The notes: a model not told the origin generated them from the letters alone. Shown: positions 1 through 12,589, numbered from the stretch's first letter. The stretch is 64,000 nt of DNA from Podarcis melisellensis (GCA_964234715.1 OZ174275.1), one strand, 5' to 3'. Numbers and translations are program-made.

Positions 1-482
1 CATCCAGTCCTTTTAGGGACTCCACTCGAGATTTGTGTAGGGTTTACTCCATAGGCATTCTTCTCCTGAAGATGTCCCACAAGGCAGCAGAGGTTTAAGA
101 TCTGAGTTTTCCTTCCCCTGGATGGGCTACCTTCCCAGGTTGATGAGCCTCATCTACCCCTCATTTCCCTCTACAGCATATGCAGTAACCACCTTCTTGA
201 CTCTTGGACCCACTATTGCTCTTGTCTGCTCAATCCTGACCCCGTCTTCGCATGAAGGGGGAATCTGTAATGCACCGAGGCTTGGAGACCCATAGGCTAC
301 CCTCGCCTAGTTTAGCCAGCCAGTTGAAGCCGTGGCTGCTGTTGCATGCTAACAGCTTCTAAGAGCCACAGGTGACAGCGAAGTGCAGAGTGGGGACCAA
401 AAGTTGGATGAACTACCCCAGAAGGAGCATGGTGTGTCTCCCACCAGAGGTGCTACACCTCCCGTAACACTTCATACACCCC
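1..482 (-). mobile_element. 5' part of an RTE-clade-related (probably non-autonomous) retroelement, running off the window edge
   Basis: The minus strand begins GGGGTGTATG and contains ...ggctcatcaacctgggaaggtagcccatccaggggaaggaaaactcagat..., which resembles RTE-type 5' UTRs I recall from lizard repeats. It is more GC-rich than the flank and carries HDV-like pairing elements (see findings). Confidence 0.5.
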
Positions 483-1611
483 ATAGAACCTTCATGATCA
501 CCTTTTCTAAATATTAACTTGGTTCCAGTCAATTTGTCTGAGAATGTGATTCAGTGGACTACTGTTCTTTAGTTTACATATTTGAATCCTTCTACAGGGC
601 CTTTTTACTGGTCTAGATAGGCCTGAATTGTAATGTCAAAGGGGAAGTTTGTAACAAAACTTTAAGGCTGGTCCCCAATGGCAATATAGCAGAAAACTAA
701 AAGAGGTTGAAGCAAGAATTGTATAGACAAGAGTGAAGGTCCCTAATGACAGGAAGGTTAATAAAAGGGGGGAAATGGCTTGTATGAATGCCAGTTTCTG
801 TCCATATCTTAGCCTGGTACTTAAGGGGAATGTTTTCACTTAGATACTTTTGGTCCTCTTGCTGACATGAGGGAGATGCTGTTAATAACGGAGATTGTCC
901 CTGATGGTGGCAGGTCTAATTACAGGATAAAACACAAAAAGGTAGAATGAAGTAACGGGTTTGTGGGTTTCTTTTTTCCCCTGGATGTCAGTTTATTACC
1001 AATCTGACATTATAACTTTAAGGGTCAGTTCTCTGCAGTCCCTGCATTACCAAAACAAAAAGAAAAGCAGAACACACAAAGAGGCAAAAGGGGTGGGTGG
1101 GAAGGAAGCAATCTTTGTTAGTTTCCTCTTCAAAATATTTTTTTTATTAATAGTGGCTTATAAAACAGGACTCCTTGTAAAAGGCGCCTAAAATATGTGT
1201 GTGGCATATGCACACATCACTTATTTAATTCATCTCTTTAAAGAGAGCTTGGATTTGCTGACAAATAAGCCACTGAAATAAACAAGAATCCAAAACCTTG
1301 GCAAATATTTGCAGCTTTTCTCCCAAACCAGAATGCTTTAGTGAGCCATAGGAAATACGGTAAATGAAATCTATATGCTAAGTCTGTCTACCTAAATTTT
1401 TCATCTCCCCATTTTGGTTGCTGGTGATGTTTTAAAGGATTACTTTTGTTGATTTTATATTCATGTGTTGTACTCCATCTTGCTGTTTTTTACATAAATT
1501 GTGGCTTATAAATTCATTAACAACAACAACATGACTACTAAATTGCAGCTTATTCAAAGTGCAATCAAAATTGTGGGGAATACACACACACAGAGTAAGA
1601 GAGTCTCACTG

Positions 1612-1679
1612 TCATTGTCCAGATTATAAATTATGGTTCCAAAACAAAATCTCATTGTCCAGATTATGAGTTATGGTTC
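1612..1679. repeat. Short direct duplication (28-bp unit, 40-bp period)
   Basis: tcattgtccagattataaattatggttc (1612-1639) versus tcattgtccagattatgagttatggttc (1652-1679), 2 mismatches. Confidence 0.85.
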
Positions 1680-2199
1680 TAGGGCTGTATAGTGTCACAA
1701 ATCAGTTCTCAGCTGACCCTACTGCCTTTCATTTAAGCTAACCTAGGGCTGAATATTCTCATTTGTGTTCCTTGACCTTAAGACTTCCAGTTGACTACTG
1801 ATCACCCTGGTGGGTCAGGCTCATGGGATCATTGTGTCCACTTCTGGGTGTTGCAGTTTTGGGAAGGTATAGTTTTCCCGCTTATGATCCAATTCTGTCC
1901 AAATGAACATCCCAGGGCACTGATCACCAACATTATTCAGGTCCCACAAAGCCCATGAAAATGAGTTTGGTCTTAATCCTGATCTTGTATGTCACCTGCT
2001 AAGGAACAACTATCTCGTTGGTTTAAGTAAATAAATGAATGCATAAATAGTTAAATAGATGCTTTTCAGATTGCCCATTTAAAGGGCCCCTGCGTTTGGA
2101 GATAGCTTTATAAATACTTAAAAACAGAATGTGATTAATAAAAAGCAAACAATATTTTTTAAAAAACAACAACAACCCTAAAAACAGAAAAACAGCAGC

Positions 2200-2372
2200 T
2201 AAAAGCAGCATAACTAATTTCCTCCAAGTTTCAAATTATTTAAAAGGCAAAAAGAAGAAGAAAAAAGAATTTGCCTGTTGTCAGAAATATTTGGAAGCAG
2301 GCATCAGCCTAAGCTCCATAGGAGAGTATTCCACAACTGGGTGCCACCACTGAGAAGGCTCCCCTCTTTTGT
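2200..2372 (-). mobile_element. Old L2 LINE 3' fragment
   Basis: ttccacaactgggtgccaccactgagaaggc is the reverse complement of the L2 C-terminal 'AFSVVAPxLWN' motif, also seen in the young L2 at about 29285-29320. Confidence 0.6.
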
Positions 2373-2731
2373 CTGATTGCCACCCACCTTCCCTCACCAG
2401 GTGGCTAGGTTTGCTAAGTATTCAATAAAGCTATGTGAACTGCAGTATTGCAAAATGAGATTGATTGCTCCATTGTCTATGTTCACGCTTCTCAAGTGTT
2501 CCTATGTGAGGCAACATTTTGAACAGACAAGTCATCCAGGCAGGGGAGTGGGTTATACAAAAAGGCTAAATGAAAAGTTTTCTGCCTTAGCTGTTCGATT
2601 TGTGTTTTAAAACCTGCCCTTCCAGTTGTACTGTTTTGGAAAACATTTTAAAGGCTATGTCTGTAAATCACATAGAGGGACTTATACATAGAAGGCAATT
2701 CATCAATACAGCTATCATTACATATTTAATA

Positions 2732-2734
<3 letters not shown>

Positions 2735-2778
<44 letters not shown>
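2735..2778. repeat. (AT)22 microsatellite
   Basis: Perfect dinucleotide run. Confidence 0.98.
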
Positions 2779-2781
<3 letters not shown>

Positions 2782-2957
2782 AATTGATCTGCAAATATAA
2801 TTGAAGGGAAGTATAAAAGTGCCACTACTACTGCCTTGATGGTGGACAGCATTTGTCTCATCACAGCAATTTCCAGAGCAACAGCTGTTAGAAAAAATCC
2901 CCACAATCAGAGATATCATGGTGGTCCCAAACACAGGCCCAACACGGAGGTACCAGT

Positions 2958-3302
2958 CATGGGGGACCCATAAAAGGCTAAATGGGAAAGTGCTTCCCTG
3001 CTGCTACCCAAGCCTCCCTTATATGGTTGTGCGACAGTGCCTGCAAAGACGCAGCAGCAGGTTCCAGTGAGCGCTTGCTGGAATCTTGCAAAATCTCACA
3101 GCGTGCATGAGATCTTGTGAGACTTTGCCAAGAACTTGTGGAGCACACAAGATCTCATAGGTTCTCACCGGAAGCAGCTGCCTCCGCTTCTCCACCAGCA
3201 GCGAAGGTGGTAGAGTAGGTAAGGTGCCCGCAGGGGCTCTGCCCCAGGGTTCTGCCACCCGAGGCGGCTACCTCAGCCCCCTCCATGGGTAGGTCAGCCC
3301 TG
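2958..3302. mobile_element. Non-autonomous hAT-like DNA transposon (MITE)
   Basis: Imperfect TIRs (catgggggaccca / taggtcagccctg) and 8-bp TSD gtaccagt/gtacaagt (7/8). Confidence 0.55.
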
Positions 3303-3507
3303 GTACAAGTTCATGCAAATTGCATCATGGCACAAGTGCAGCCTGATTACAAGCCTCTGAGTTGCTTTTCATGCTACCACAACTCATGCTGGAAGCCACT
3401 GGAAGCCATGAACGACTCCTGTTTCTCCCTCTATCTGGAATCTATTCAGAAGCTAGCCTTTAGTCACATGCACCAGGGATAAAAGGTTCAAACGTGGCTT
3501 GTTTCAT

Positions 3508-3558
3508 TGTGTGTGTGCGTGTGCGCGTGTGTGTGCGTGTGCACACACACACACACAC
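3508..3558. repeat. (TG/CG)n directly followed by (CA)n: self-complementary alternating purine-pyrimidine tract
   Basis: tgtgtgtgtgcgtgtgcgcgtgtgtgtgcgtgtgcacacacacacacacaca. Confidence 0.9.
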
Positions 3559-4522
3559 AAATCATCATTATCAGTCTAAGATACTTATGTCAAGATCTGA
3601 AATGTGTTAAACAGTTGGGTGAACACTAGATATTGTCCCACAACAGAGAAAGTAGCACATCTACAACGTCTCACATCCCTGTCTGGAGTCGTTCTTAATG
3701 ATACATCTCACCGTTAAAAGAATTATGCTATACACTGACATGGCACCATTGTTGAATTATTTTCAATATTTAATTTGCTGTGCTGAGTTACACAGCATGC
3801 ACACATATGCTATTTGTACCTATACATTTATCTACTCTTTTCTCTGTCTCTTTCTTTCTCCTGAAGCCCTAACATGATTGACACTCTCTGAGAGCCAAAG
3901 TTGGAATAAGGAACATGCACAAATGATGGTTTCCTTAGCAACGGGAACCATGTGAATTCTCTTCTTTCCTTGTTGGTGATTTTTTTTTTTTTACTTTACT
4001 TAGTGGTCTCTCCACATTGGTTTTCATGGAGACTTGGAGGCCTGATGTCTATTTTTCTAAAAATAAAATAAAATCAGTGAACCAAAGAGAATTAAAAGGA
4101 TGTTTTGTTGTTGATTTGAATGTTTAATTTTGTTTAACTGACAAGATTCTCAAAAGCACATACTCATTTGAGCATTCATAGTTTTGTGGATATTTTTTTT
4201 TAAATCATCTCTTCTTAAAGGGATAAATGGATATTCAATTTCCAAAAGAAAAAATAACTGTATATTGAATGAAGGTGACCATCCTAAACATATTTTCTGT
4301 TAAGTAAGACATATTGTATTTGAGAGAGTTAACTTTCATGTAAGCATGCTTGGGACTGTGTCAATAATTTAATTTCCATACATAGTTCTGTTATATTTGT
4401 ATGTGAAAAGTACCTTTCCTTCAAATAACAAACCACAAATGTCCAACCAGCGATGGAGGATGAATTGGAGAGGTACCTAATTATTTTACTTATTTTATTT
4501 TTATAAAAAGCATTTTCGTAAA

Positions 4523-4625
4523 ATCATAGAATCATAGAATTTTAGAGTTGGGAGAGATCCTGAGGATCATCTAGTCTAACCCCCTGCATTGCAGGAATCT
4601 CAAGAAAAGCATCCATGACAGATAG
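4523..4625 (-). mobile_element. CR1 LINE 3' end fragment
   Basis: Reverse complement of the CR1 (ATTCTATG)n-type tail (atcatagaatcatagaat), followed by the typical gagttggga...ggatcatctagtctaaccccctg 3' UTR. Possible TSD atcatagaa at 4523 and 4626. Confidence 0.75.
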
Positions 4626-4876
4626 ATCATAGAAAATGCTACATAAAATTAGAAGTTGTTTGCTTGCCCAATCTGCCTCCCTAGCACTTTTAGCTCCTTT
4701 GCATGCAGTCAGATGCATGAGGGTACAAACTACATAGGATAGGGTAAGGAATATCTAGCCCACAGGCCAAATTCAGCCTCACATGGGTCTCAATTTGGCC
4801 TGGAAGTCCTTGACACACACCCCCAGTGATGCCCACCCATCTCCCACCTGAAGGTAGAGACATAGCTGGAGTTGCC

Positions 4877-5074
4877 CTGCCCTTGCATGAAGTCTTGGGT
4901 TTACAATTTTGGGAGAGGGGAGACTGGGGAGCGGGCAGGCTGGCAAGGCCCCCTAGATTTAGAGGCCTAAGTCGCTCTGCCCTCACATGAAGTCTTGGGT
5001 TTGCAATTTTGGGAGAAGGGAGACTGCCCGCTGGGGAGCGAGAGGGCTGGCGAGGCCCCATAGATTTAGAGGCC
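4877..5074. repeat. About 100-bp two-copy tandem repeat inside a probable DNA-transposon relic
   Basis: ctgccct..catgaagtcttgggttt.caattttgggaga.gggagactg...tagatttagaggcc occurs at 4877 and again at 4977; copy 2 has a small insertion. Confidence 0.85.
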
Positions 5075-7207
5075 ATAGGTTTCAGCCTACTTAGCCTATA
5101 CATAAATCTGGCACTGCCTGCATGTTGAAGTGGCTGGACAGCCCTCTTGTCCTTCACCACAAGTAACAAATCTCTTGGGGCGCCCTGTCCTCTGTTCTGC
5201 TTTCTCAACAGAGGATGGCGATGAGGCAAGTGCTAGGAAAACACCTAGGGCTGTTTGCATGAATACACCACACAGTAAGTGATACTTTGTTGGCAGGATA
5301 ATAAGTGCTAAAGGACCACTTACCTCCTCTTGTGTGTGTTTGTGTGTGGGTTGTTTTTTTTTAGCCCACAAGAGTTTGGAACATATATGCAAAGCGCACA
5401 GAAGATGTCACTTTTATTGCAGCAACCTCTGCCATGCTGGTATACGAAGTGCTTTTAAAGAGACACCATCAACTTGAAATCTTGTCTCTTTTAAGTGTTA
5501 AAAGTGGTTTCATATGTTACACTTGCCCTCATATTTCACTTTCATTTCCTTCAAAGCCATTCATGAGGATGGTTAGCCTCTTTGCCCCTCCACACCCACA
5601 CCACAATCAGACTTCAGTCGGGAGGGCTGTCTATGGATGCAAAGGAATATATATTTGCTTCTAATCACCTTTAGTCATTTTCTCTCCTTGCTCCCCTCCC
5701 GCAAACAACAGGTACATGAGGCACACATAGGACCGTAGCTCAGAACTGCATACCGTAAGGAACATGAAAACATCTGGCCCATGTTGTTCTGATTGCATAC
5801 TTTGTTTTCCCATGCCATTGCCACACTCTGGTCCAAACGACTGGCTGATCCAGAATATTTTATTCCACTAGGAGAACAATTTTAAAATAGCTCATAGTGA
5901 AATCCCTGTAAAATTCAGCTCAAATTATCACATTTGTTTATGACATGATAAAGTCACTGCAATGTGTTCCCCCCCCCCATTATTTTCACTTCTACGAGAA
6001 CTGTTATTCTGAAAGTAGTGAGATCTAGGGTTTATCGTAGTTTAGAATCCAGGAATATTACGTTCTCCACAATGTGTGGACGTAACAAATATCATTGCAG
6101 GAAGCAGGATCCAGCCTCCTTGGGGCCTCAGCTTTCTGGCATCCGCTCACCACAGATCACAGGGCTGGTGGTGCCCACAGTTCACCACTAATAAAGTTAT
6201 ACTGAGGGATAAGGATGTTGAGGGACTGCCAGATGCCCCTCAAGCCTGGATCCAGGCCTGGCAAGAAGGCCTGTTGAAAACAAAGGGGCAGCATATGAAA
6301 TGACTGAAGGAAACCACTGCACAGCGTCATTAAACCACCCCCTGAGCCTTATGAAAGAGTGAAAGAAGCTTGTTGGGATGAAACAGCAGGGAATAGCTCT
6401 TGGACAGTCACCCAGAGGGAAAAGAAATGTGAACGACGTGAACTGGCCTAGGAGTAAAATGTGCATTGGAACCTTTCACCAGACAGCATCCCTCATAGAT
6501 TTTCTGGAGCAATTGCAAAATTCTCTCTCCTGCAGAATGAGGCAGCCACGTGATTCACCTTTTGCTTTCCTCTCAATAAAGGATTTAGTTCCATGCTCAC
6601 AGCAACAGGGACCTGTTCTCCCCCCCCCCTCCCGCCACCTCCTTGATACTCTCTTAGGCCCTTCTCAAATCCTCCTGTTTACTTCCACAGGTGGAATTGC
6701 GATTTGCTCTTCTTGTACATGCTTATTATTATTAATTTTTTTCCCAACGTCTTGATATTTCTGTGTGGCTGCCGTGGGAGATTTCACAGGTGGCTGATGA
6801 AGCTCGTTATATTTATTTGGACCTCCTCAGCGCTCCTTAAAAGGCAATTAAAATGAGAATGGAAATGACTGTATGTGGTCAAGCACACCGCTGCCTGACA
6901 ATTCACACAACTGCCAGCAGAATATAAAAAGGGAGGGCTGTTTGCACTGGCACAAGGCGAACACAGCTGTGCTAATGGCTTCCCAAACTTCTGCATTTGA
7001 AATTTGCCCAAGAGGAACTTTTACAATGGCATCGGTGACTGAAGCACATTAACCCTTCTAATCTATACATTTAGCAGACTGCAGGGTAGGAATAGGCTAC
7101 ATGTCCCTCCCTGTCAATCATAGTTTTCTCCTCCAGCATATTAACATGGGGTGTACAGCAAGGCCTGTTCTATAGACTGGCACTAGCTGCTGCACAACAG
7201 CTTCAGC

Positions 7208-7543
7208 CAGTGGTGGACCTACATTTTGGGGGCCTTGAAGCTTGAGCTATTATAGGAGCCTCTTCACAACCAGCTACAAGGTCTCCATAACCACTGTTAT
7301 CTTCTTCCATGGGGTTGTTTACAACAACCTTTACAACATCTAAGCTACTGACTCTCAAGCTTTGGAGTTGTTGAAATACATACAACAACAAAATTAATAA
7401 ATTTGAGTCATGCAACTCAAGTTGCATCTGCTAGACATGTTTTTTTTTTCAAGTAATGTGGACTAAAGTCACTTATGGGGCCCCTCCGGAATCAGGGGGC
7501 CTGAAGCTTAAGGTTCATTAGTTTCCTAGTAGATCCACCCCTG
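7208..7543. mobile_element. hAT-family MITE
   Basis: TIRs cagtggtggacctac / gtagatccacccctg (13/15) and perfect 8-bp TSD gcttcagc (7200-7207, 7544-7551). Confidence 0.85.
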
Positions 7544-7938
7544 GCTTCAGCTGCTTTTGCAATCCACCCAACACCACCCCCCACCTTTCAATGGTGGGGA
7601 TGGTGGTTTGCATTCTTCCAACATCACTGCATAGGTGGAGCTTTTTGCCAGTATGTAAGTGCAACCTAGGCTGCATCTAGGCACATCAAAGAAGCATTTC
7701 AGTTAAATGCATTTTAAACTTGGTATGAGAAACTGCGTTGGCAAAAATGGAACGCCATCTGGGGTCATGGTGTTATCATGCATATATAATGCATATAAAA
7801 CGCTTTTTCTCCACCCATCTAGCCGAGTCCCTAGAATGATCACTTTAAAAATACCTATTCTCCCATCACTGCTATGGCTTAACCCTAAGGAAAAAAGGAA
7901 AGGCAAACATGAGCAAAAAAGGTCCCCCTATTTACATT

Positions 7939-8362
7939 TAGGGATTGGTTGAATCTATTGGTTTTGGTCCCCCTCGGTTTCTATTTTTTCACGTGGGTTT
8001 GTTATTCTTTTTTTGTTAAGTTCTCCTGAAAATTCATCAGCACTTTAATGAGAATTTCTCCTAGTAAGCACATGTTTGCATGCAATTTTGCCTTAGGGTT
8101 AGGCCATACCAACTTGTCTAGAAGATTGCCTTGCAAAAATAGATTTAAATAAATAAATAAATTCTAATATATGCATTTCGATGCACACTTTACCCTAGTA
8201 TATGCATTTTTGTACACATTACCTGGCTTAAGGATAGCATTGCAAAATTCAGAGAAGTGAGAATTTTGGAGGATGGCTATGTTTTGGCTTGCATATGATT
8301 TCAGAAAGTGCAAATTAGGTGGGTCTAAATGAAAATGGAATTGAGTTTCTTCCCCATCCCTA
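7939..8362. mobile_element. Non-autonomous DNA transposon with TAGGGAT(G) termini (squamate MITE family)
   Basis: Ends tagggattgg / ccccatcccta. The internal AT-rich body (gaatttctccta, catttttgtacacatt, aaattaggt.ggt) is shared with copies at 48353-48746 and 25678-25861. Confidence 0.7.
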
Positions 8363-8902
8363 TTTATGCCGGCAACATATAAATTTCAAGGCAGAAAATG
8401 ATTTTTGGCTGTGACTTAGCTCTCTAAGACCTTCACAAGAGATGGTTCTCAGGGTCAGCGTTCTCAGAGAATGTAGTTTCAGTATCCCTTCATGTCTGTT
8501 TTACAAAACGTTTGTGTGGGTCACCGTCCAGCGGTTTATATTGCTCAAAGTGCTTCTGTTGCTCTTTTGTATTCCTTTTCCATTCCAGAAGTTTGTTTTA
8601 GAGAGTTGCAGCCCAACTTTTTTATTTTCTGTGTTGCAACATATATTGTATTTTGATATGGTCATGATGTCTATGTTGCACCTTGGTACTGGAAATAGTA
8701 GTTTTCTTTTGATGCTTAATGTAGATGTACATTCAGCTGTGTATGTATATACGTATGTGCATATAGAAAAAACAACAGTTTTTTGACAAATTCCTAGGGC
8801 CAAATTAGATGTGATGTTAAATGTGGGTAAACATACAACATACGGAAATTGGGAGAGTATCGGGAGGGAAGCAGAGTTGAAATCGCTGCATGTAGAGTGG
8901 GG

Positions 8903-8928
8903 TGTGTGTGTGTGTGTGTGTGTGTGTG
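8903..8928. repeat. (GT)n microsatellite
   Basis: Dinucleotide run. Confidence 0.95.
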
Positions 8929-9385
8929 GCAACTAAGTGTTTTCTCCCAACAACAAAAAATCCATCTTCAGAAATAGTTTTTGGTTCCAGTAGGAAAGTT
9001 TTCACAAAGGCCAATGGCAACTTCTGGCACAGGGAATTTTCAGCAGAACTGCAATGCAGGGGAGGCTTAGACTTACTTACAAAATGAAAAAATAATAAAT
9101 GCCTAGAGATGCATTTAACATGAACAATGGTTTGACCCATATGCTGCAGAACAAATAATTAAATAAATAAATTGGAATATCCTGCACATTTCAGAACAAA
9201 GGGATGCTGGGTTTGGTGCAGCATATCAGACACAGTGGATAGTCTCCAACTATGAGTAGACCCACTGAAATGAATGAACATGGCTAAGTAAGGACTATCA
9301 ATTTCAGCAAGTTGAATACCACCCAGTCACACCTTAAAATAATCGTCGATATCGCGTTGTACCTGCTATATACAGTATCTACACA

Positions 9386-9580
9386 GGAAAGGCTGTAGCT
9401 CAGGGGTGGCTCATATGCTGTGTACACAAAAGGCTCAGGATTCAATCCTTGGCACTTCTAGCTATAACTGGCAAAGACACAAGTCTAAAGACCTGGTGAG
9501 TTTCTGACAGCCAATGTAGACAGCGCTGAGATAGATGGAGCCGTACCTAGTCTGGCTTGACATAAGGCAGCTCCTTGTGA
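9386..9580 (+). mobile_element. Old tRNA-derived SINE (Squam3-like)
   Basis: A-box-like tagctcaggggtgg, B-box-like ggattcaatcc, and body ...tgtagacagcgctgagatagatgg...taaggcagctcct shared with the other copies in the window. Confidence 0.7.
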
Positions 9581-10353
9581 CATTGTGAGTCCAATTCTTA
9601 TTCTTGCCCTGTGGAGGTTGTGGGGGATGGATAGACAGAAACACCATGGTTTCTACACCACATGAATATAATAAAGGCTGCATGCCACTTTGTAAACAAT
9701 TCTCTGGCCATTTTGGGAGGTGTGCTAATGCATGAATCTCTGATCTGCCTGAAGGGTCATAACAGCGTGAATTGCCTCTGTCACCAATTCCCCGGAAAAG
9801 AAGATTCACATAACCATTTTTCTCCCCACTGTGTGGTGATGATTTTCAGGAGATGGATCCACTGCAATTTGGGTGTGTTCAGGAAACCTCGCAGGTTCGG
9901 GTAGGCGAATTACCCTAATTCTTCTTAGACTTAACATATAAAGGCAGTATAATTGTATTAGACTCCATTTGTATAATTGCATTAGAACTAAAATTACAGT
10001 AAATTCTCAAGAGCTACTGCCAAAGGGCTCATAAATTCAAGGATTTATTTGGCTGCACACATTTCTTAATATGAGTACAATTTAATCTAAATGCCATTGT
10101 AGGGCTTTTGGGGGGGGGGATTTCTCCTTGCTAGTAAACAAAGATTTCTTTCTCAGTGTAGGGAGAAAGAATCCATCAGAAGACAACCCAATTTTAAGTC
10201 TCAAAAATTTTCCATGCGAAAGATTTATGCAGTAGTAAATTCTGAAATGCGAGAGCTAATCATGACCATCTTCCATAACCACACCACCAAAGAAGTCCAA
10301 AAATGCTGGGAAATGTGTTGATCCATAGCTTAACACCCAATTTATTAGGATTG

Positions 10354-10643
10354 TTGTTTAGTCGTGTCTGACTCTTCGTGACCCCATGGACCAGAGCACA
10401 CCAGGCTCTCCTGTCTTCACCTGCCTTCCACAGTTTGGTCAAACGCACGTTGGTAGCTTCGAGAATACTGTCCAACCATCTTGTCCTCTATCGTCCCCTT
10501 CTCCTTGTGCCCTCAGTCTTTCCCAACATCAGGGTCTTTTCCAGGGAGTCTTCTCTTCTCATGAGGTGGCCAAAGTATTGGAGCCTCAGCTTCAGGATCT
10601 GTCCTTCCAGTGAGCACTCAGGGCTGATTTCCTTAAGAATGGA
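10354..10643 (-). mobile_element. Bov-B (RTE) LINE, 5'-truncated 3' fragment
   Basis: The minus strand encodes the Bov-B C-terminus (…DSILEATNVRLTKLWKAGEDRRAWCALVHGVTKSQTRLN) and ends in a (CAA) tail. Perfect 12-bp TSD ttattaggattg (10342-10353, 10644-10655). Confidence 0.92.
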
Positions 10644-11119
10644 TTATTAGGATTGGAAGGCCATTAAGAGAACAGTGAGTTAGTAAACAGTGATGCAGTG
10701 ATTAGCATGTTGGACATTGGCTGGATTCACTTTGGCAGGGTTCAACTGGATTGCCATGAGATTCATGGGGTGACCATGGGCCAGTCCCTGCCTGAGCCTA
10801 GCCTGGCTATCAAAGGGATTGTCTGCCAGGCCAGACCTGTTCTTCAATGCCCCAAGCTTAAAATACAGGCAAATGCCACTCCTGCAGATTATGTCATTGG
10901 TGCTATTATGAAAAGGTATTAGAATAGCATTCTCCTGCATTCCTGCTCCACTTCACTTAACTCATTCTGCTAAAATCAACATATTCTAGAAAAGCACAAC
11001 TCTAGATGCCTCATCTCCAAATTTTGTAGGACTAGGATGAAGTATGCACCGATCTCCAGCTATGAGAAAATTGCCTGCATTTGATTCAGCCATATTTGGG
11101 AAGATTACAAGTGATCAGG

Positions 11120-11484
11120 TTTGGATTCCCAAACTGTGATCTGCAAGCTTTATTCAGGTGATCCATGTTGTGTCTGTGGATTCGTGATTGAAGGCAGGTG
11201 ATGGCACATCCATCTCATTAAATATGCAAATTGATTTGTAATTGTATTTTTATTGCTTCTATTTCTTGTATTGTATTACAATTTGAACTGTATGGAATTA
11301 AAATTGCAATGGGATAAAATGGAATATATAAGAAATAAAATAAGCAAAAAACAACAGCAAATAAGCATCTAGCAGCATCTAGCGCAGCACACTGCAGTGG
11401 TGCTGTGATAGCAGGCAAAAAATCATTAAGTGGTCCGCTAAGACCCACAGCAATATTCAAGTGGTCCAAGTATGGGAACCACTG
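11120..11484. mobile_element. hAT-like non-autonomous element
   Basis: Right end tgggaaccactg (reverse complement CAGTGGTTCCCA, a typical hAT TIR) with a degenerate left end ggattcccaaactg. Confidence 0.55.
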
Positions 11485-12589
11485 CCTTATTGCAACCCAC
11501 AGTGGTGAAAAGTCTCTAGGAAAAGCATGTAGAAAGATGGAAGATATTTTAAACAAACAATCAAACCCACAACACTTATTCCCACTCCCATTTGTGTTAA
11601 TGTTTCATTTTCCAGATTTAGATTCTTTGTTGGTGATTTCAAAAAGTCACATATCCAATAACATTTTATTTAAGCTCTTTAAAACCTGCCAAGATAAAAG
11701 CTAATCTTTCCTGTAATCAGTATGCAGAGATGAAGAGAAGCAGCAGCAAAGCAGTTGCTGCATGTTTGCTGACAAAATATTTAATCCAAACATTTAATTT
11801 CAATCTGCCACTGTTCTCAGTTGGTATAATTACTTTAAGCAAATATCATGTAAGAAGAAATGGAAAATAGTCTCAGCCAGCGAAATGTAAATAATAAAAA
11901 ATAATCATCATCATTGCAGGCTTAAAGCCTTCTTTAGGGTCTGTTCTGTAGACTATTTTAAATGCTTTAAGTGGCTTCACATTAATTCTAACATCACAGT
12001 CTGTGATTCTGCCATGCCTATGAATACTATAAAGCCCTGCAAATAACATGCAGCCAAAAATACTGCCTTTTTTCTGATTGGAATTTACAGATCCAGCCAT
12101 AAACGTAACAATGGATACACAAATGTCACACAAATCTGGACAGTCAAATGACATCATGAGATTTAAAATGCTCAGTAAATTTCCACACCATTATTATTCA
12201 CTTGGATCGGAGACATTGATTGATGTTTGATTTGATTTGTCCAGATTTACAGTATGCTATTGCTACTTGATTCCAAACGTGGTGTGGGTGTGTTTGTATG
12301 TATGGGGTATGATCTGTAGCAAGGATGTAATGAATTGACACCTACATTTTACAGCCCCTTTAACATACAGTGAAATTTTGCACCATTTCTCTCATTTTCA
12401 GGGTAATGTCTGCTGTAATGCATGCTGAAACTTGCCAGCTTATATTGAGAAGCAGGGCAATAGGTCTTTCATTAACTGGGACCAGTCAAATGAAATATAT
12501 CTCACTAATTGAAATGATTGTGCTAGTTCTCAGCCCAATTCAGAATCCAATTCAAAGTGCTCGTTCATACCTTGATAAGACATGAATGG

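Noticed and set aside
4690-5229. 179-aa minus-strand ORF
   Set aside because: It arises from the GC-rich 100-bp tandem repeat in a transposon relic and has no protein motifs.
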